Below, in pieces: positions 50,301-62,695 of a DNA stretch of 64,000 bases. Each line of letters opens with the position of its first letter. Position 1 is the first letter of the stretch. The DNA is taken from positions 76,570,001 through 76,634,000 of the forward strand of contig NC_042997.1 of assembly GCF_006345805.1 (NCBI RefSeq), in the 5' to 3' direction. The DNA is from Octopus sinensis (Eukaryota). The notes below the pieces were generated by a model. It did not search any database. It saw nothing but the letters and a program-made list of their open reading frames with translations, and was not told the origin of the DNA. The position numbers and the translations under genes were made by a program.

Positions 50301-51300
50301 GTGGCTAGTTCAGTGACGGCTAGGTTTATGTTGTTTATAATTGGTGTTGTTATTGCGTTTATTTTTATTCTTGGGAGGTATGGTCGGTGGTCCATTTTGA
50401 GCTCTGTGGTTTTTAGTTCTTTGATTATTTTATTTTTTATATTATCATAATCATTAGGCTCCCCTTCGTTGTTTACATCGTGTTTGTTGGGAATGTTGCG
50501 TTTGTCTTCGTGTTTTACAGTTTCAGTGTTTATATTATTGGGCATTGTTGTGTGGCTTCTATCTACATTTTCCTGGTGTATTTTTTCTTTTAAATGTTCT
50601 ATTTCTATTTCTGATATTTTTTTGGCTTTGAGAATGTATCTTCGTACGTTAGCTAATTTATTAGGGTTCATTGCTGTATCCAAGTCTATACCTCTATTAT
50701 TTTCCTTCCATATTTTATATGTATGTGTTGTTGTATTTTCATTTTGTGGGTAGAGCATTGCTGTGAAGTATGCGTGTAAGATAGAAATGTATTCCTCACG
50801 TGTCCATTTACGTCTTTTGGGTTTTAATTGCGGGACATGAGGTACAACGTCCGGCCCATTATTTTGACGGTCGTCATTTTCGTAGGGTACCGGTCCGTTT
50901 ATTTCTGTTGTCACATTATTTCGCACGTGTAGTTTTTCGTACATTTTTTGTTGTAGGTTTAATGTACGTACCGCTCGATTGTTATTCTTGGGTTGAATAG
51001 TATCGGTGGCATTTAATTTCTTCGTAGTTCCTTTGTACATGGTGTTTGAGGTCGGGGATGATCGTGTTGTTCCACGCATGTTTACATGTGTTGTGTTAGA
51101 GGTGGAGATAATATCGAGTCAAAATACGTCATTTCGTTTCGAAAATAGTAATAAATTTCAATTCGTATTACTTACTCGGATATAGTCCAATTCTTTGTTA
51201 GTAAATCTTTGGCTCCATAGGGTGTCCTTGTTTTCGATGTTTGTGGATAGATTTCGGAGCTCTGTATTTTCCTTCTTACATCTTAAACGTCCCCGGTGTC
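47337..51300 (-). mobile_element. Near full-length R4/Dong-clade non-LTR retrotransposon in a (TAA)n microsatellite
   Basis: Myb-like RRKWTREEY, RT (QGDTLSPLLF, YMDDLKLY), CCHC CRICG..ETINHIISSC, REL NRPDIVV..IDVSIP..EKLSKY. (TAA)n at both flanks. Confidence 0.95.
47434..51079 (-). pseudogene. R4/Dong single ORF broken by a +1 frameshift at the T5 run 49520-49524
   Basis: ORFs 49379-51079 and 47434-49542 overlap. Deleting one base restores KPENY.PITCLPT. Confidence 0.85.
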
Positions 51301-51324
51301 TTCTTCTTCTTCTTCTTCTTCTTC

Positions 51325-51364
<40 letters not shown>

Positions 51365-51584
51365 ATAGTCTTATTTATATCACAAGCTTTCACTGCACTA
51401 GCGGTCGTGTTGTTATTTTCACTGTATTCAAAGTGTTTTACATAAAATGTATGTGGTGCTTAGCATTGCTATTTTCTGTATGTTATATATATTCATAAGT
51501 CCTGGTGTTTTGGTTATGCATGTTTTTTAAAGATACCTAGTATATTTATTATTATAGAGATTGTTGTTTTTTATTGTATGAGTT

Positions 51585-54215
51585 AGGTTATCTTATGCCT
51601 AACTTCTCTCTCAGTACACCAATACTCTGTTGAACAGGTATACATATATAACACACCCAACAGAGCATATTAACCTCATTCCTCTTTAACCTTTGCATGT
51701 CTTTTGCATTCAGGGCTCATGTCTCACTACCATGTAGAATTGCTGTCCGTATACATGCATCATACAATCTTTCTTTCACTTAGAGAGAAAGACCTTTTGT
51801 AGCCAACAGAGATAACAGCTCTCTGAATTTCCTCCATCCTTTTCTTATTCTAGCTATCACACTCTTCATGCATTGTCTCCAACTACTTACTACCTCTAAT
51901 GAGCCACCAGGGCATTTGAGAGAATCAATTTCCTCAAGTCTCTGAAGTTTTTATGGATCCTGTGCATCTTCCACATACCTTCTCTGATAACCTTCCTATT
52001 AATCCACTGCACCTCTTATGTGTCCATTGCTTGCACTGGGTACATCATATGGAGTTCCTACCTACACCTTTCTTACAGATCAAACAGAGCCACCTACCTG
52101 GTGGTAGTGTCCTGTCTGTTTTCTTGCTTACTAAGACCTTAGTCTTTGCTAAGTTAACCTTAAGGCACTTAGATTCTAGGTTTTGCTTCCACACCTGTAA
52201 TTTCTCTTTTAGCTCTGATATGGAATCTGCTATGAGGGCAAGATCATCAGTATTTAGTAGTTCCCAGGGGCTGCTGGTCTTGAATTCATCTAGAAGACAG
52301 TGTTGAAAAGGAGGGGACTGAGGACTAAGCCTTGATGAACCCCTACCTGTACACCAAATTCTTTGCTGTACTTGTGGTTAACTCTCACCTTACTGACAGC
52401 ATGTCTGTACATGGGCTGTACAGCCACTTGTCTATCCTTAGCCTCCTCAAAGCCCACCATATCACACAACAAGGTGTACTATCAAAAGCTTTCTTTAGAT
52501 CAATGAATGCCAAGTATAATGGTTTATTTTTAGGTAAATACTTCTCTTACTATTAAAATAGCATCAGTAGTGCTTCTTCTCCCAGACAAAGCCGATCTGC
52601 ATTTTGTCTAGCCTAATTCAGCTCCTAATTAATTGGTGATGAAAATTATGGAGAGAGAGATCTCTCCATAATTTTCATCACCTGGTCCAGGAGCTTGATT
52701 CCTCTATAATTACTTCTATCTAAAGCTTCACCCTTACCTTTGTAGAAGCTAATAATGCTGCTATGCCAGTCTTTGGGTATTACGCCTTCCTGAATGACCT
52801 GATTAACTAATTGCATGACTAGCCTGTATCCTCTCTTACCAGATATTTTGAGCATCTCAACTGTGATTCTAGATTCTGTGATTCCCGTTTTCATGTCTTT
52901 AATTGCCTTATCTACCATATTGCTCTTCCTAGGATAGCTGGTCCCTCTGTTGGGTTCACATGAGGGAGATTCCCTTTATCCCATTCATTCTCTACAGTCA
53001 CATTGTTACTTTTCCATGCCTCTTTCTTGTCCACATTTCTAAGTGCAAGCATACCATTATCCATCCATACACACTTCTCTCGATTCTTACTGATACTGTC
53101 TAGCAACTGGCACACTTCAAGTCTCTGATCTTCACATTGTAGGACATTGACAAATCTCTTCTTTTCAGTTTCTGCTCTAGCTTGATAAACCTGATGTCCC
53201 TTCCTTTTAGTTTTCTGATATGATTCTTTGCTACCCCCTCTTTTCTATTCTTTCCAGATCTATCTCTTCTCTTTTATGGCCCTGTGAACATCAATGTTCC
53301 ACCACCATGCCACTCTTGGTCTGGCAGAGGCTTTTTTGCCCTTAGTAGATTGTCCCATAGGAACTTGCAGTTATCCTCCATGTTATATGTCTCTATCTTT
53401 TCCTCCTTCACATCAAAGGGCATCTCTAAATCTCTGCCTGTTTGAAGTGTCCTTGAGCTTTCACAAACTACTTTTCTATATTGGTTTGTGCCTCTGGATC
53501 TTTGTGGACCTAAGCCTGAAGTCATAACCACTAACTTATGTTGAGTTGTACATTCTTCACTTGGAAAAGATTTTGCATTTACAAGTATATATCTGTACCT
53601 GTGTCTGGTGAATCTGGCTGGTGTGCCCCCCAGATTGATAAGTAATCAGATAGGTTTTCTGAAGTTGGTGTTACAGACCAGTAAGTCATGAGCATCACAA
53701 AACTCCAGCAGCCTTCTCCCCTCCTCATTTCTGGAGTCAAAGCTGTAGTGTCCATGCATACTCTGAAATCCATTGGAGTGTTTTCTATCATGTCCATTAA
53801 AGCTCCCTGCCATGATGAGAATGTAGTCAACTTCCATTGTTAATCCTCAAAAGGGATTCATAGAAATGGTCCTTCTGAGTATCTGTGAGTCTGGTGTATG
53901 GAGCATGTGCAGAGATAACTGACGTAGTTACATCAAACAAGGCTATTCTTAGCTTAATAATCCTATCATGTACACTAACTACGTCAATCACCTTATCTCT
54001 GCTAGTAGAATACCCATGCCACATAGGCTATCATTGTTGCTTACCCAGAAAAATTTGTATCTCTACCTTTTGCCCCTAAGCAGTCTAGCTGAGGCTCCTC
54101 TCTATCATACCTCTTTGACACAACATACATCTACATGTCTCCACTCAAGCAGCTCAACTATCTCACCAGACCTATCTTTCATTGTGCCAACGTTGATTGT
54201 GGAAGCTGTGAGCTT
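51585..54215 (-). mobile_element. RTE LINE with APE endonuclease and RT, degenerate
   Basis: STINVGTMKDRSGEIVELLE.RHVDVCC, SAHAPYT, AGSFNGH, EVDYIL, NYRGIKLLDQVMKI, GVHQGLVLSPLLF. Confidence 0.88.
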
Positions 54216-54239
54216 GTAGAAGGTTATTATTATTATTAA

Positions 54240-56450
54240 TATTTTCTCTTTATCACAGATTTTCTTGTAACTCCTGGAGTCTTGCATGCATAGCAGGTTT
54301 ACTACCTGCAGCCTACAGTACCATGCTATCTTTCTTTTCAGCTATCTAATACTTTCCTGATTATTCTAGCCATGGCAAGGAGGCAAACCTTTTGTAACAG
54401 TTCTACTGAGCACTCTGTTCCCATTTTCTTTATATTTCTCTTGATGCCTTCTGATATTGTTCCCAAGGAACCAACAATAATTGGCACTATCTTCACCTTC
54501 TTCATTTTCCATAGCCGGGCTATTTTGTACTTTAGAGGGTTGTATCTATTTATCTTTTTACCTTCCTTCTTGACTATTCATGGATCAAAGGGACATGCAA
54601 CATCAACTATATAGCATATGTGGCACACCTTGTCCACCACCACTATGCTCTAGCACCTGATCTGTTTAGATTGGAAATCCCAGAGGATTTTGCTAGTCTC
54701 TGACTCCACCACTCTCTGTGGTTTGTGCTCATACCACATTTTGCCTCTCTCTCTAGCCTCCACTTTTCGCACAGTTTCCAATGTAACACTTTCACTATCT
54801 GGTTGTGATGCCACAACTTGTAGTGGTTTTTAGGTAAGTCTAGGGCATTTGTTTGTGATATGGGCAATAGTTTCATCCACTCTTTTGCAAATGTGACACA
54901 GCGGAGACACCTGCTAAGGTTGACCCTCCAGTTCGTGGCCAAAGCTTGGTCTTGTGCTGCCAGTATAGTGCTCTTGGTCTCTTTTTTTAGGGTTTCTTTC
55001 ATCAGTTAATCCCACCTATTTTTTCCAGCAATTTCTGTTGTGGCTACATGGAATTGATTGTGTAGTCCCTTTTTGCATAATTCTTTTTCATGTCCTTTGT
55101 ATACTTCTTCCTTTGTTTTCCCTTTTTCCTCTACTCTCAATACTCACTCATTCCTGTCACTAGCAAGATTTCCTTACTTTGGGTTCGGTATCTCATTAAG
55201 CTATCGAGTTCGATACACACACAGTCTTCTACACTTATCAGTCCCCTTCCTCCATTTGCTGTCTTCATGTATAAGCAATCAGTATCTGCTTGTGGATGAT
55301 GGGCTTCATGCATTGTTAGGAACATTCTTGACCTTCTGTCTATCTCCTTTAGCTCCTCCTCTGTCCACTTCAGGATTCCAATGCCATACTGAACTACTGT
55401 GACTATGTGCAAGTTTATTGCTTTGAAGCCAATATTTTTCTCACTTGCCACAGGTACTCCTTTTTTGTCTTTTCCTTCATATTGTGGTGTTTGATTCCAT
55501 CTACCTCAAGTATTCTCAGGTATTTATAGCTGGATAGAGGTTGAATTGCCTTCGTCATTTCACCACTTGGCAACCATATGCCTTCTGTCCTGGCAAACTC
55601 TCCTCATCTCATCACCATCGTTGCACATTCTCAGAGTCTAAACTCTATCTTAATATCATCGAAGAAAATCTGCACAGACTGAACTAGGCTGTCCAGTTCT
55701 GCCTCAGTTTTCATAAATAGCTTCAGTTCATCCATGAATAGCAAGATCATACCCCAACTTTGATACTCCAGTATCCCCAGTGTTTTTCTTCCAGTTCTTA
55801 AGAGTATCTGGGAAATGATCCAAATGGCTGTGGAGGTAATACACTTTGATGCTCATCTTACAGCCAAGTTTATGGAAAGAAGAATGCTTGTTCTCCACTA
55901 ATTCCAATTATCTATGTGCTTTATGGCTCTCAAGAAAATTTCTTACTGTTAGTCAACAAAGATCATGCATCTGGCTTGGCATTGTTCATTGAATCTTGGA
56001 AATATGAGTCTTTCATGAGTTCCCTGATTTATGGCCTGTTGAAAATACCTGCATTCAGCTTCCCCATGCCCAACGTTGGAAATTTCCTGCATATGTTGTC
56101 AAAGCTGTCCCCTTCTTTGTTTGAAGCCTTCACAAACTATTTCATTAAATCTAATTTGAAGTGCAGTGGTGATAAAATGATCTTGTCTCTGACAACCAAG
56201 GTTTCTGAAATCACATTCTTTTCTCTAACGGCTAGGTTTTCTCTCAGAGACCATTGTTATCTTACACAATGCTCATCCTTAGATCCAGAGACAGAGAAAA
56301 CAGGAGTACTTAATGTATACACTCTGCTGATCTAGGAGAAAATTCGCCTGCTTAAGATCCACACAAGATTAGCCATTGGTGATCATGATATGATATCCCC
56401 TTTAAGACCAGAGCAATTGCTTCCTGCTGCTTTGTCATTTTAGTTGAGTG
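54240..56450 (-). mobile_element. Old R4/Dong-like copy (RT to REL end)
   Basis: FMDELKLF, KWTEEELKEIDRRSR..HHP..GGRGLISVEDC, ILAAQDQAL, LHWKLC. (TAA)n at ~54225-54238. Confidence 0.75.
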
Positions 56451-56559
56451 ATCAATTGGGATTGATCTGTATTTGTTGCATATATTTTGATTGATCTGTA
56501 TTTGTTGCATATATTTTAAGCTTTGTTTAAAACCATCTATAAATAAGTACCATTCACTT

Positions 56560-57300
56560 GGTACTTATTTTTATATACCCACTTCCATCAGCAACCTTTG
56601 AACATCATTGCAAAGATGAAATGATTTTCTTCCAGTCTAATTTCTCTATTGTGATAGTATGCAATTTGAGTTCCCAATCTTTTCTGCTAGCCTGGACTCC
56701 AACAATTTTGTTGATTTCATCAAGATATTTATCTCCCTAATGAGGTCATTGAGTTTTGGTTGACTGAAAACTTCTGCTGTTGATGAGGTTCCTTCAAAAT
56801 CAGTCACATTGCTCATAAGTACTGTCTACAGCATAAATAGAAAATTCATCTTCTTTAGAGAACGTTTTCAGCTGAGTGAATAATAAACAGGTATTTCATC
56901 TGAATGTGCAACAGGTCATTCTGCCAAGTCCAGGTCAGGATTTGTCCATTAACATCAATTAATACTCAGTTACATCAATTAATACTCTTTATGTTAACTA
57001 GACAGAAGTAGCAGTTATCATTTGATTTCTCTGTTCTCGCCAGACCATTGATATGCCAAACTTCAGGCATTTCCTCTTGTCATTAATCCACTGCTGCAGG
57101 TGCTCAACACAAGTTTTAGGAACAGTGTGTGGAGCCCATGTCTTATCCCCAGTTGTAATTTGAAATAGCTTAAGTATGCCTTTTTCACAAAATCAGAAAT
57201 GGATTTTCTATTGCTTACTGCTTTCATACTAAACAATAAGCCATGTTATGGAGATTTTTGTATCCTAATTGAAGATGAAGGCTACATTTATTTTATTGAC
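56560..57300 (-). mobile_element. DNA transposon transposase N-terminal remnant (WAPH..KTC / WREQ..DNCYFC family; superfamily uncertain, possibly Sola)
   Basis: DFVKKAYLSYF..DKTWAPH..KTCVEHLQQW..KFGISMVWREQ..CYFCLVN..PVAHSDEIPV..LNDLIRE. Confidence 0.55.
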
Positions 57301-58149
57301 TGACATACATCAACTTGAATTTGAGGATCTACTAAAACTAATGGGAGACAGATTTGAAACTTACTTCTTTAATCACTGCCCTACAGAATTATTGCATACA
57401 TAATGCAGAGCCTGTGTTTTATAACAATAATCAACAACAGGTCTCTTAACTTCTTTAACCTTGTTCTTATCCTCGTTGTTTTGGGACCTGCACCATGTGC
57501 TAATTTTGTATATTTACGAAAGTATATCCATGATTGAGCTGATCAATCCATGGTCATCATTCCAAGAATGCTGGTGCTATGGATTCTCTATGAAAATGAA
57601 ATGAGCCCAGAATTTGATCTCAGAATATATAGAAATACTCAGGATTGTAGGTTATCTTATTGTTTTTGTTTGTGATCTCACCACCATTTACAATGGTTTT
57701 AACATGTTAGAGAAAAACTTATTTACAATTACATTGTTGGCATAAAATAATGAAACAGTTTACTGGAGAGATATAAATTTTCTTAATGCTGCATATTTTC
57801 TAGAAATTAAAGATTAAAACATTACTAATAGTATCTTTTCGTTTTCATTGATACTTACTGAAAGTATGGAGCTGTATATTTTCTGTGAAGAAATAGCTTA
57901 AAGGATTTTGAAGAAACTGAAATTGTACATAGATCAAAGTCATGTTTTGGAAAGCAATCAGAAGTTTCAAGCAGATTTAATATTTGTGAGATTAAGATAT
58001 CTGTGATTACATTCTCTGAACTATTTTTTTTCATGACTTTCACTATATTTTTCATTCATATAAAGCATTACTAAGACTTGACCATATTTTATTTAGTTTT
58101 AAGTAAAAATGTTTTATTAAATTGTTTCTTTTTCATATGTGTGTTATAG

Positions 58150-58279
58150 ATGTTTTGGTGGAAATGTAAGTGAAGGGAAAATGTGTGATCACAAGTGGTT
58201 TGAGGCAAGAAGCTGTAACAAATACAAAACATGTGATCAATGCCTGGCTATTTATCCAGAATTCAAGAAAATATCTCAG
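58150..58279 (+). CDS. MEGF8: MEGF8-like exon D (CFGGNVSEGKMCDHKWFEARSCNKYKTCDQCLAIYPEFKKISQ)
   Basis: TTATAG acceptor (phase 2, completes ATA with exon C); CAG/GTTAGT donor at 58280. Matches MEGF8 C..LRTCSECLA.HP. Confidence 0.85.
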
Positions 58280-58884
58280 GTTAGTGTGACATTTCTAATA
58301 TTTATTTCTGTTTGCTTGAAAGTAAATAATGACTTTAATTGTCTATTTTGTTTATCTGCCACTCAAACTCCATCCCCTTCATACCACTTCTTCATTCTGC
58401 TCAAAATAATGACCTTCATAAAGTACATAAAATAAGGTAAATGAAGATTGATTTTGAAGCTATAAAAATGAAATTTAAAAAGAAGAATCCTCCGATTTCT
58501 GTCATGTAGTTTAGTTGTAAGTTCATCTGTTCTGTGTAGTATAAATAATTAATTCAGTTTCAGCATATAATGAGAATGTTATTTTTATTAATTTACTGAG
58601 TGGTGAATGGAAAGTTCTGGAAGAATGCATGTAGATTTACTGGAGAAGGTGTGAATTAAGGCTGAAATTTATTATGTGAAAATTTAATATAGCAAAAAGT
58701 CTATCTTTTCTACTTTTTAATGTATATATTTAAAGTTGTATGAATTAAATGTTTACCCCTTATATGTTAATTACATTTAAGTTTTTAGTTGAATTTATTC
58801 TTTAAAGTATATATGTGTGTGTTTGTGAGTAATGAATTATTTTTGTCGTATTGGAGAATTAATTATTTGGAATTTTTTCTTCAG

Positions 58885-59086
58885 GTTTGCAAATGGTGCA
58901 AGCATTGTAAAGTTGGTAAATGTATTCACCAAAAACAGGAATGTGGTGCCCAAAATCCCTGTAATCGATCACAGGCTGAATTTCTTGATATGTCTGACTG
59001 TGATGGTATTGTGTGCAAAGCTGTAAATTGCCGTTCATGCCACAGCTCAAAGAATTGCATGTGGACAAGACAAGTGACACGCACTG
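58885..59086 (+). CDS. MEGF8: MEGF8-like exon E (PSI; VCKWCKHCKVGKCIHQKQECGAQNPC...CKAVNCRSCHSSKNCMWTRQVTRTG)
   Basis: TTTTTTCTTCAG acceptor; ACTG/GTAAGT donor at 59087. Strong match to MEGF8 CKWCTNC..G.CI...CMWTRQFKRTG. The five exons total 900 nt with consistent phases. Confidence 0.92.
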
Positions 59087-60376
59087 GTAAGTTGAATTTT
59101 AATGTTATTGATTTTCTGAACAAGAAATAGGAAGGATTAATTTGAATACATAATGTATAAAAAAAAGATGAAAGATTAATTCAATACAAAATGCACAAAA
59201 CCACTTAAGCACATAGGTTTATCAATTCTTTGGTTAAGAGAGGGAGAAACAGGGTTGTTATGTTCAAAACTTTACACACATGAAAATGCAAGTACCAATT
59301 TCTGAAAAAAAAAAAAACAAAGTCTTTTTATCAATTAACAATATACAGTTAGCACAAATCATACAGTATGCATCATGAAAGAAATATTGTTTGCTTCCTT
59401 TCAGTTATTTTGTTTATATCTTTGCCAGCAAGGTGTTAGCTCAGTATTTAGTATTGCCACCCTGTTTAGGTGTGTTTGACTTTAGGTTGTACTCCTCATA
59501 TATGTCTTTATACATTTGAGAACACTGAAGAGGATTCTGTAGAATATGATGTAGTAGGAATGGTTGTCAATATACCATCAAAACATTGTTCTAATATCTT
59601 GTCATGGTTTATCTCTTAGAAGATAAAATCCAAGGAAAGACTTCCTGATTTCCCCTTTAGTTATGAATCTGAGGCATTGCAACTTACTCAACTTTGCTGA
59701 TGCCTAACATATTGTCGACAATAATGGAATATTCTGAACACTTTTTCATATAATTTGTTGTGCTGTCTATTATGAATTTCATATTAGACAATAGGTGTAC
59801 TTGGTTGATTTTTCACTTTTGTCTTAGGAAGGACTATCCTGGGAGTAAAGATGTGTAAGTTCTAAAAAGTTACTATGGTTAATATTTGAAATTTCTCAGT
59901 TGCTGTGCATGAATATTTGGCAGGGGTAACAATGAAGTTTGATACTTGATAATGTTGTAGTTAAGTGAAGGATAAAGTTAATGCTTTTGAAATTTCTAAA
60001 ATTCAACTTCTTACCATCCAATTTCAGTGATGTTGTCCTATAGATTCCTGGGTTACATTCACTTCTTTGTTATTTTTATCAGTTTTCATCAGTTGTCATT
60101 TTCATCACATATTTCCAGATCCAGAGGAGCCTGGTTATGTATAGATTTAATTTTTACTGTGAACATAACAGTTCTTGGCAATAGTTTGGAAAACCCTGCT
60201 CTTATAATTATTATTCTTTTTTTTTATCTTAAGATAAAAGCTATGGATGACCTGATAGCTGCAGAAGACACTTGTCTAAGGTGCCATGCAGTGGTACCAA
60301 ACTGAAGATCACTTGGTTGGGGAGCAAGTTTCTTAACCACACAGCTATGTTTACATCTATGTACATTTATATATAT

Positions 60377-61143
60377 ATCGTCTTCTAAATGTTTTGCGTT
60401 CTTGTCCCAGTTTGTATTTTTTTACATATATATATATAGCGGCGTACGTACCCTTTGTCTTATATGTAAGTACATATTTCTTTAAACTTGGTACGACTCT
60501 ATAACACTGTCTCTCCCCCCTCTCCTACATTTCTCTGCTTTTCTCGCTTTGCACTTCACTTTCATCTGTCTCTTTCTCGCTCTCTCTCTCTTCTCCTCCT
60601 CCTTGGTTCCTTGTTCCCCTTTTTTCTCTCTCTTCTCCCCCTCCTTAATTCCTCTGTCCCTCTTTTCCTCTCTCTTCTCCTCACACGTGACTGACTGACC
60701 AACTGCCGGCCTTTCGTGTTTAGCAGTCGTCGCGGCAAGACACATTTTTTCTCTCTGCCCTAAGGCATTTTCTAACACGGCAGCTCAAAGTTTACTCATC
60801 CTGTCGAAAGATGCCTGTTTATGACGTCCTGTTTTTGTTATTATTATTATCATTATTGTTTTTACGTATTATTATTATTGTTTTTACGTATTTTTGTATT
60901 CATATTCGTGTAACATCATCTGTTTTTCTGTCTTTGTTTTGTATACATTCAAGGCGTTCTTCCAAGGAATCTAATGCGCTTAGCTTAGATTATCCTTGGG
61001 GCTGGCCAGATTAAGATTAATCAGCCAAAATTGCAAGGATGATCCGGTTCTTGACTGAAGATTGAAGGCTTCGAATGTCCCGTCCATGTTTTTTGTATCG
61101 TCTTCTAAATGTTTTGCGTTCTTGTCCCAGTTTGTATTTTTTT

Positions 61144-61146
<3 letters not shown>
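60377..61146. mobile_element. 770-bp non-coding element with identical 50-bp terminal direct repeats (720-bp period)
   Basis: ATCGTCTTCTAAATGTTTTGCGTTCTTGTCCCAGTTTGTATTTTTTTACA at 60377-60426 and 61097-61146. Confidence 0.75.
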
Positions 61147-61193
<47 letters not shown>

Positions 61194-61869
61194 TCATCAT
61201 CATCATCATTTAACATCCATTTTCCATGCTGGCATGAGTTTGATAGTTTGACAGGAGCTGGCAAGCCAGAGAACTGTGTCAAGCTCTACTGTCAACTTTA
61301 GCAAGATTTCTGTGATTGGATGCTCTTCCTAATGCCAACCACTTTACAGATTGTACAAATTGCTTTTTATGTGGCACCAGCACCATCAAGTTCACCAAGT
61401 AATTTGCAAAGGCCTATTAACTGAGAGGGTGAGTGATATTGAGGGAGGTGGCTTTGTGCCAGATGATGTGAAGTTAAACTAGGATAGAGGAAATACATAG
61501 CTACTCCTGTTGGAAAGAGTGAGAGAGAGGTGGTGGTGGTGATATACCTGGCCATACCCTCAAGGTACAAGGAAGTGAATGTAAGTGGTACTGAGAATTG
61601 GACAGGGTGAGTGAACAGGGAGTTCAGAAGAGTGCAAAAAGAGAGTGGGAGAGAGGGGAGGAGAAGGAATATTGTGAGTGGTGAACACAGATATATAGGA
61701 GACCAGCAGATCAAAAATGATACAGTTGGCAGAAACAGGACAGGAGAAATAGATAACAAAGTAGTGTTGGGTTGCAGAAGCATTGGGTGTAGAAACAAGC
61801 ATAGTGCATAAGGAAATGTAGTTTGGGTACGAGTGTGAATTAATATTACATGTAAGCGGAGAGCACATA

Positions 61870-62330
61870 ATACTCAGTGCTTCCAGAATTCAGTTTCACT
61901 GAGGTGAGCAAAGTTTTTCAAGAATCTCATATTGCCAGACATCCCGATCCATTATCATCTCCTTTGTGAGACTCATCATGCTAAGTTAGCCCTCACTACT
62001 TCGTCACATGTCTTCTGCAGGTTCCATCCACTGTGAGTGATTGGCATTTCTTTATGCAGCTGGCCTTCATTCATAAGCATAACATATCCAAACCATTGTA
62101 GTCTTAGCTCTTGCATGCATCACTTGATTTCTCTTATGCCTAACTTTTCTTACAACATATTTGCATTTTGTTATACATGCATTCTGATATTGCACATTCA
62201 TCAGAGCATACCAATTTCATTCTTCTCCAGTCTTCAGATATGCTCTGCATTCAAAGCTGACATCTCATTACCATGGAGCAGAACTATGTAACAAAAACTC
62301 TGTACTGCATCTAGGAAGCTTCCTGAGTAT
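61870..62330 (-). mobile_element. Old RTE 3' fragment
   Basis: Similar to other RTE 3' RT segments in the window. Confidence 0.5.
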
Positions 62331-62339
62331 TTGAGAAAA

Positions 62340-62695
62340 TCTAATTCCTGTGTGATCTTAGTGTTTATTGCTCCTGAACATCTGTGACATACAAAGACAC
62401 CCTTACATCTCTTATGTGTCCATAGTATTTACTGGGTGCATGAAATTTCATTGAAATTCCACTACACGTCTTTGTATATATGAAGGATTGCTGCAAAGTT
62501 TCTGGCTTTAAAAGTATCATGAAAGGCCTGGCTGGAGGTCCAACATTTCGAGTTCTATTACAGGGCTTGGAAAAACTGAAGGACCACTGCAATAAGTGTG
62601 TGAATCTGAGAGGGGAATATGTTGAATAAAATCATAATTAACTGATCCTCCTGTATTTTCTGTTACCCAAATCCAGATATTTTTCAGCACCCCAC
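62340..62695 (+). mobile_element. mariner 3' remnant
   Basis: DHCNKCVNLRGEYVE* C-terminus followed by a TIR-like end. Confidence 0.55.

Noticed and set aside
51080-51300. HDV-like ribozyme in the R4/Dong 5' UTR
   Set aside because: Known for some R2/R4/RTE elements, but I could not build the nested double pseudoknot by eye. An RNAMotif or Infernal search would be needed.
54826-54839. TTTTTAG/GTAAGT recursive-splice-like site (weaker one at ~52532)
   Set aside because: Short pyrimidine tract, lies in an antisense TE remnant, and such motifs are expected by chance in AT-rich DNA.
61055-61085. CTGAAGA ... CGAA possible hammerhead in the 720-bp element
   Set aside because: Helix II is too short, there is no GAAA-N-UH arrangement, and no helix I.
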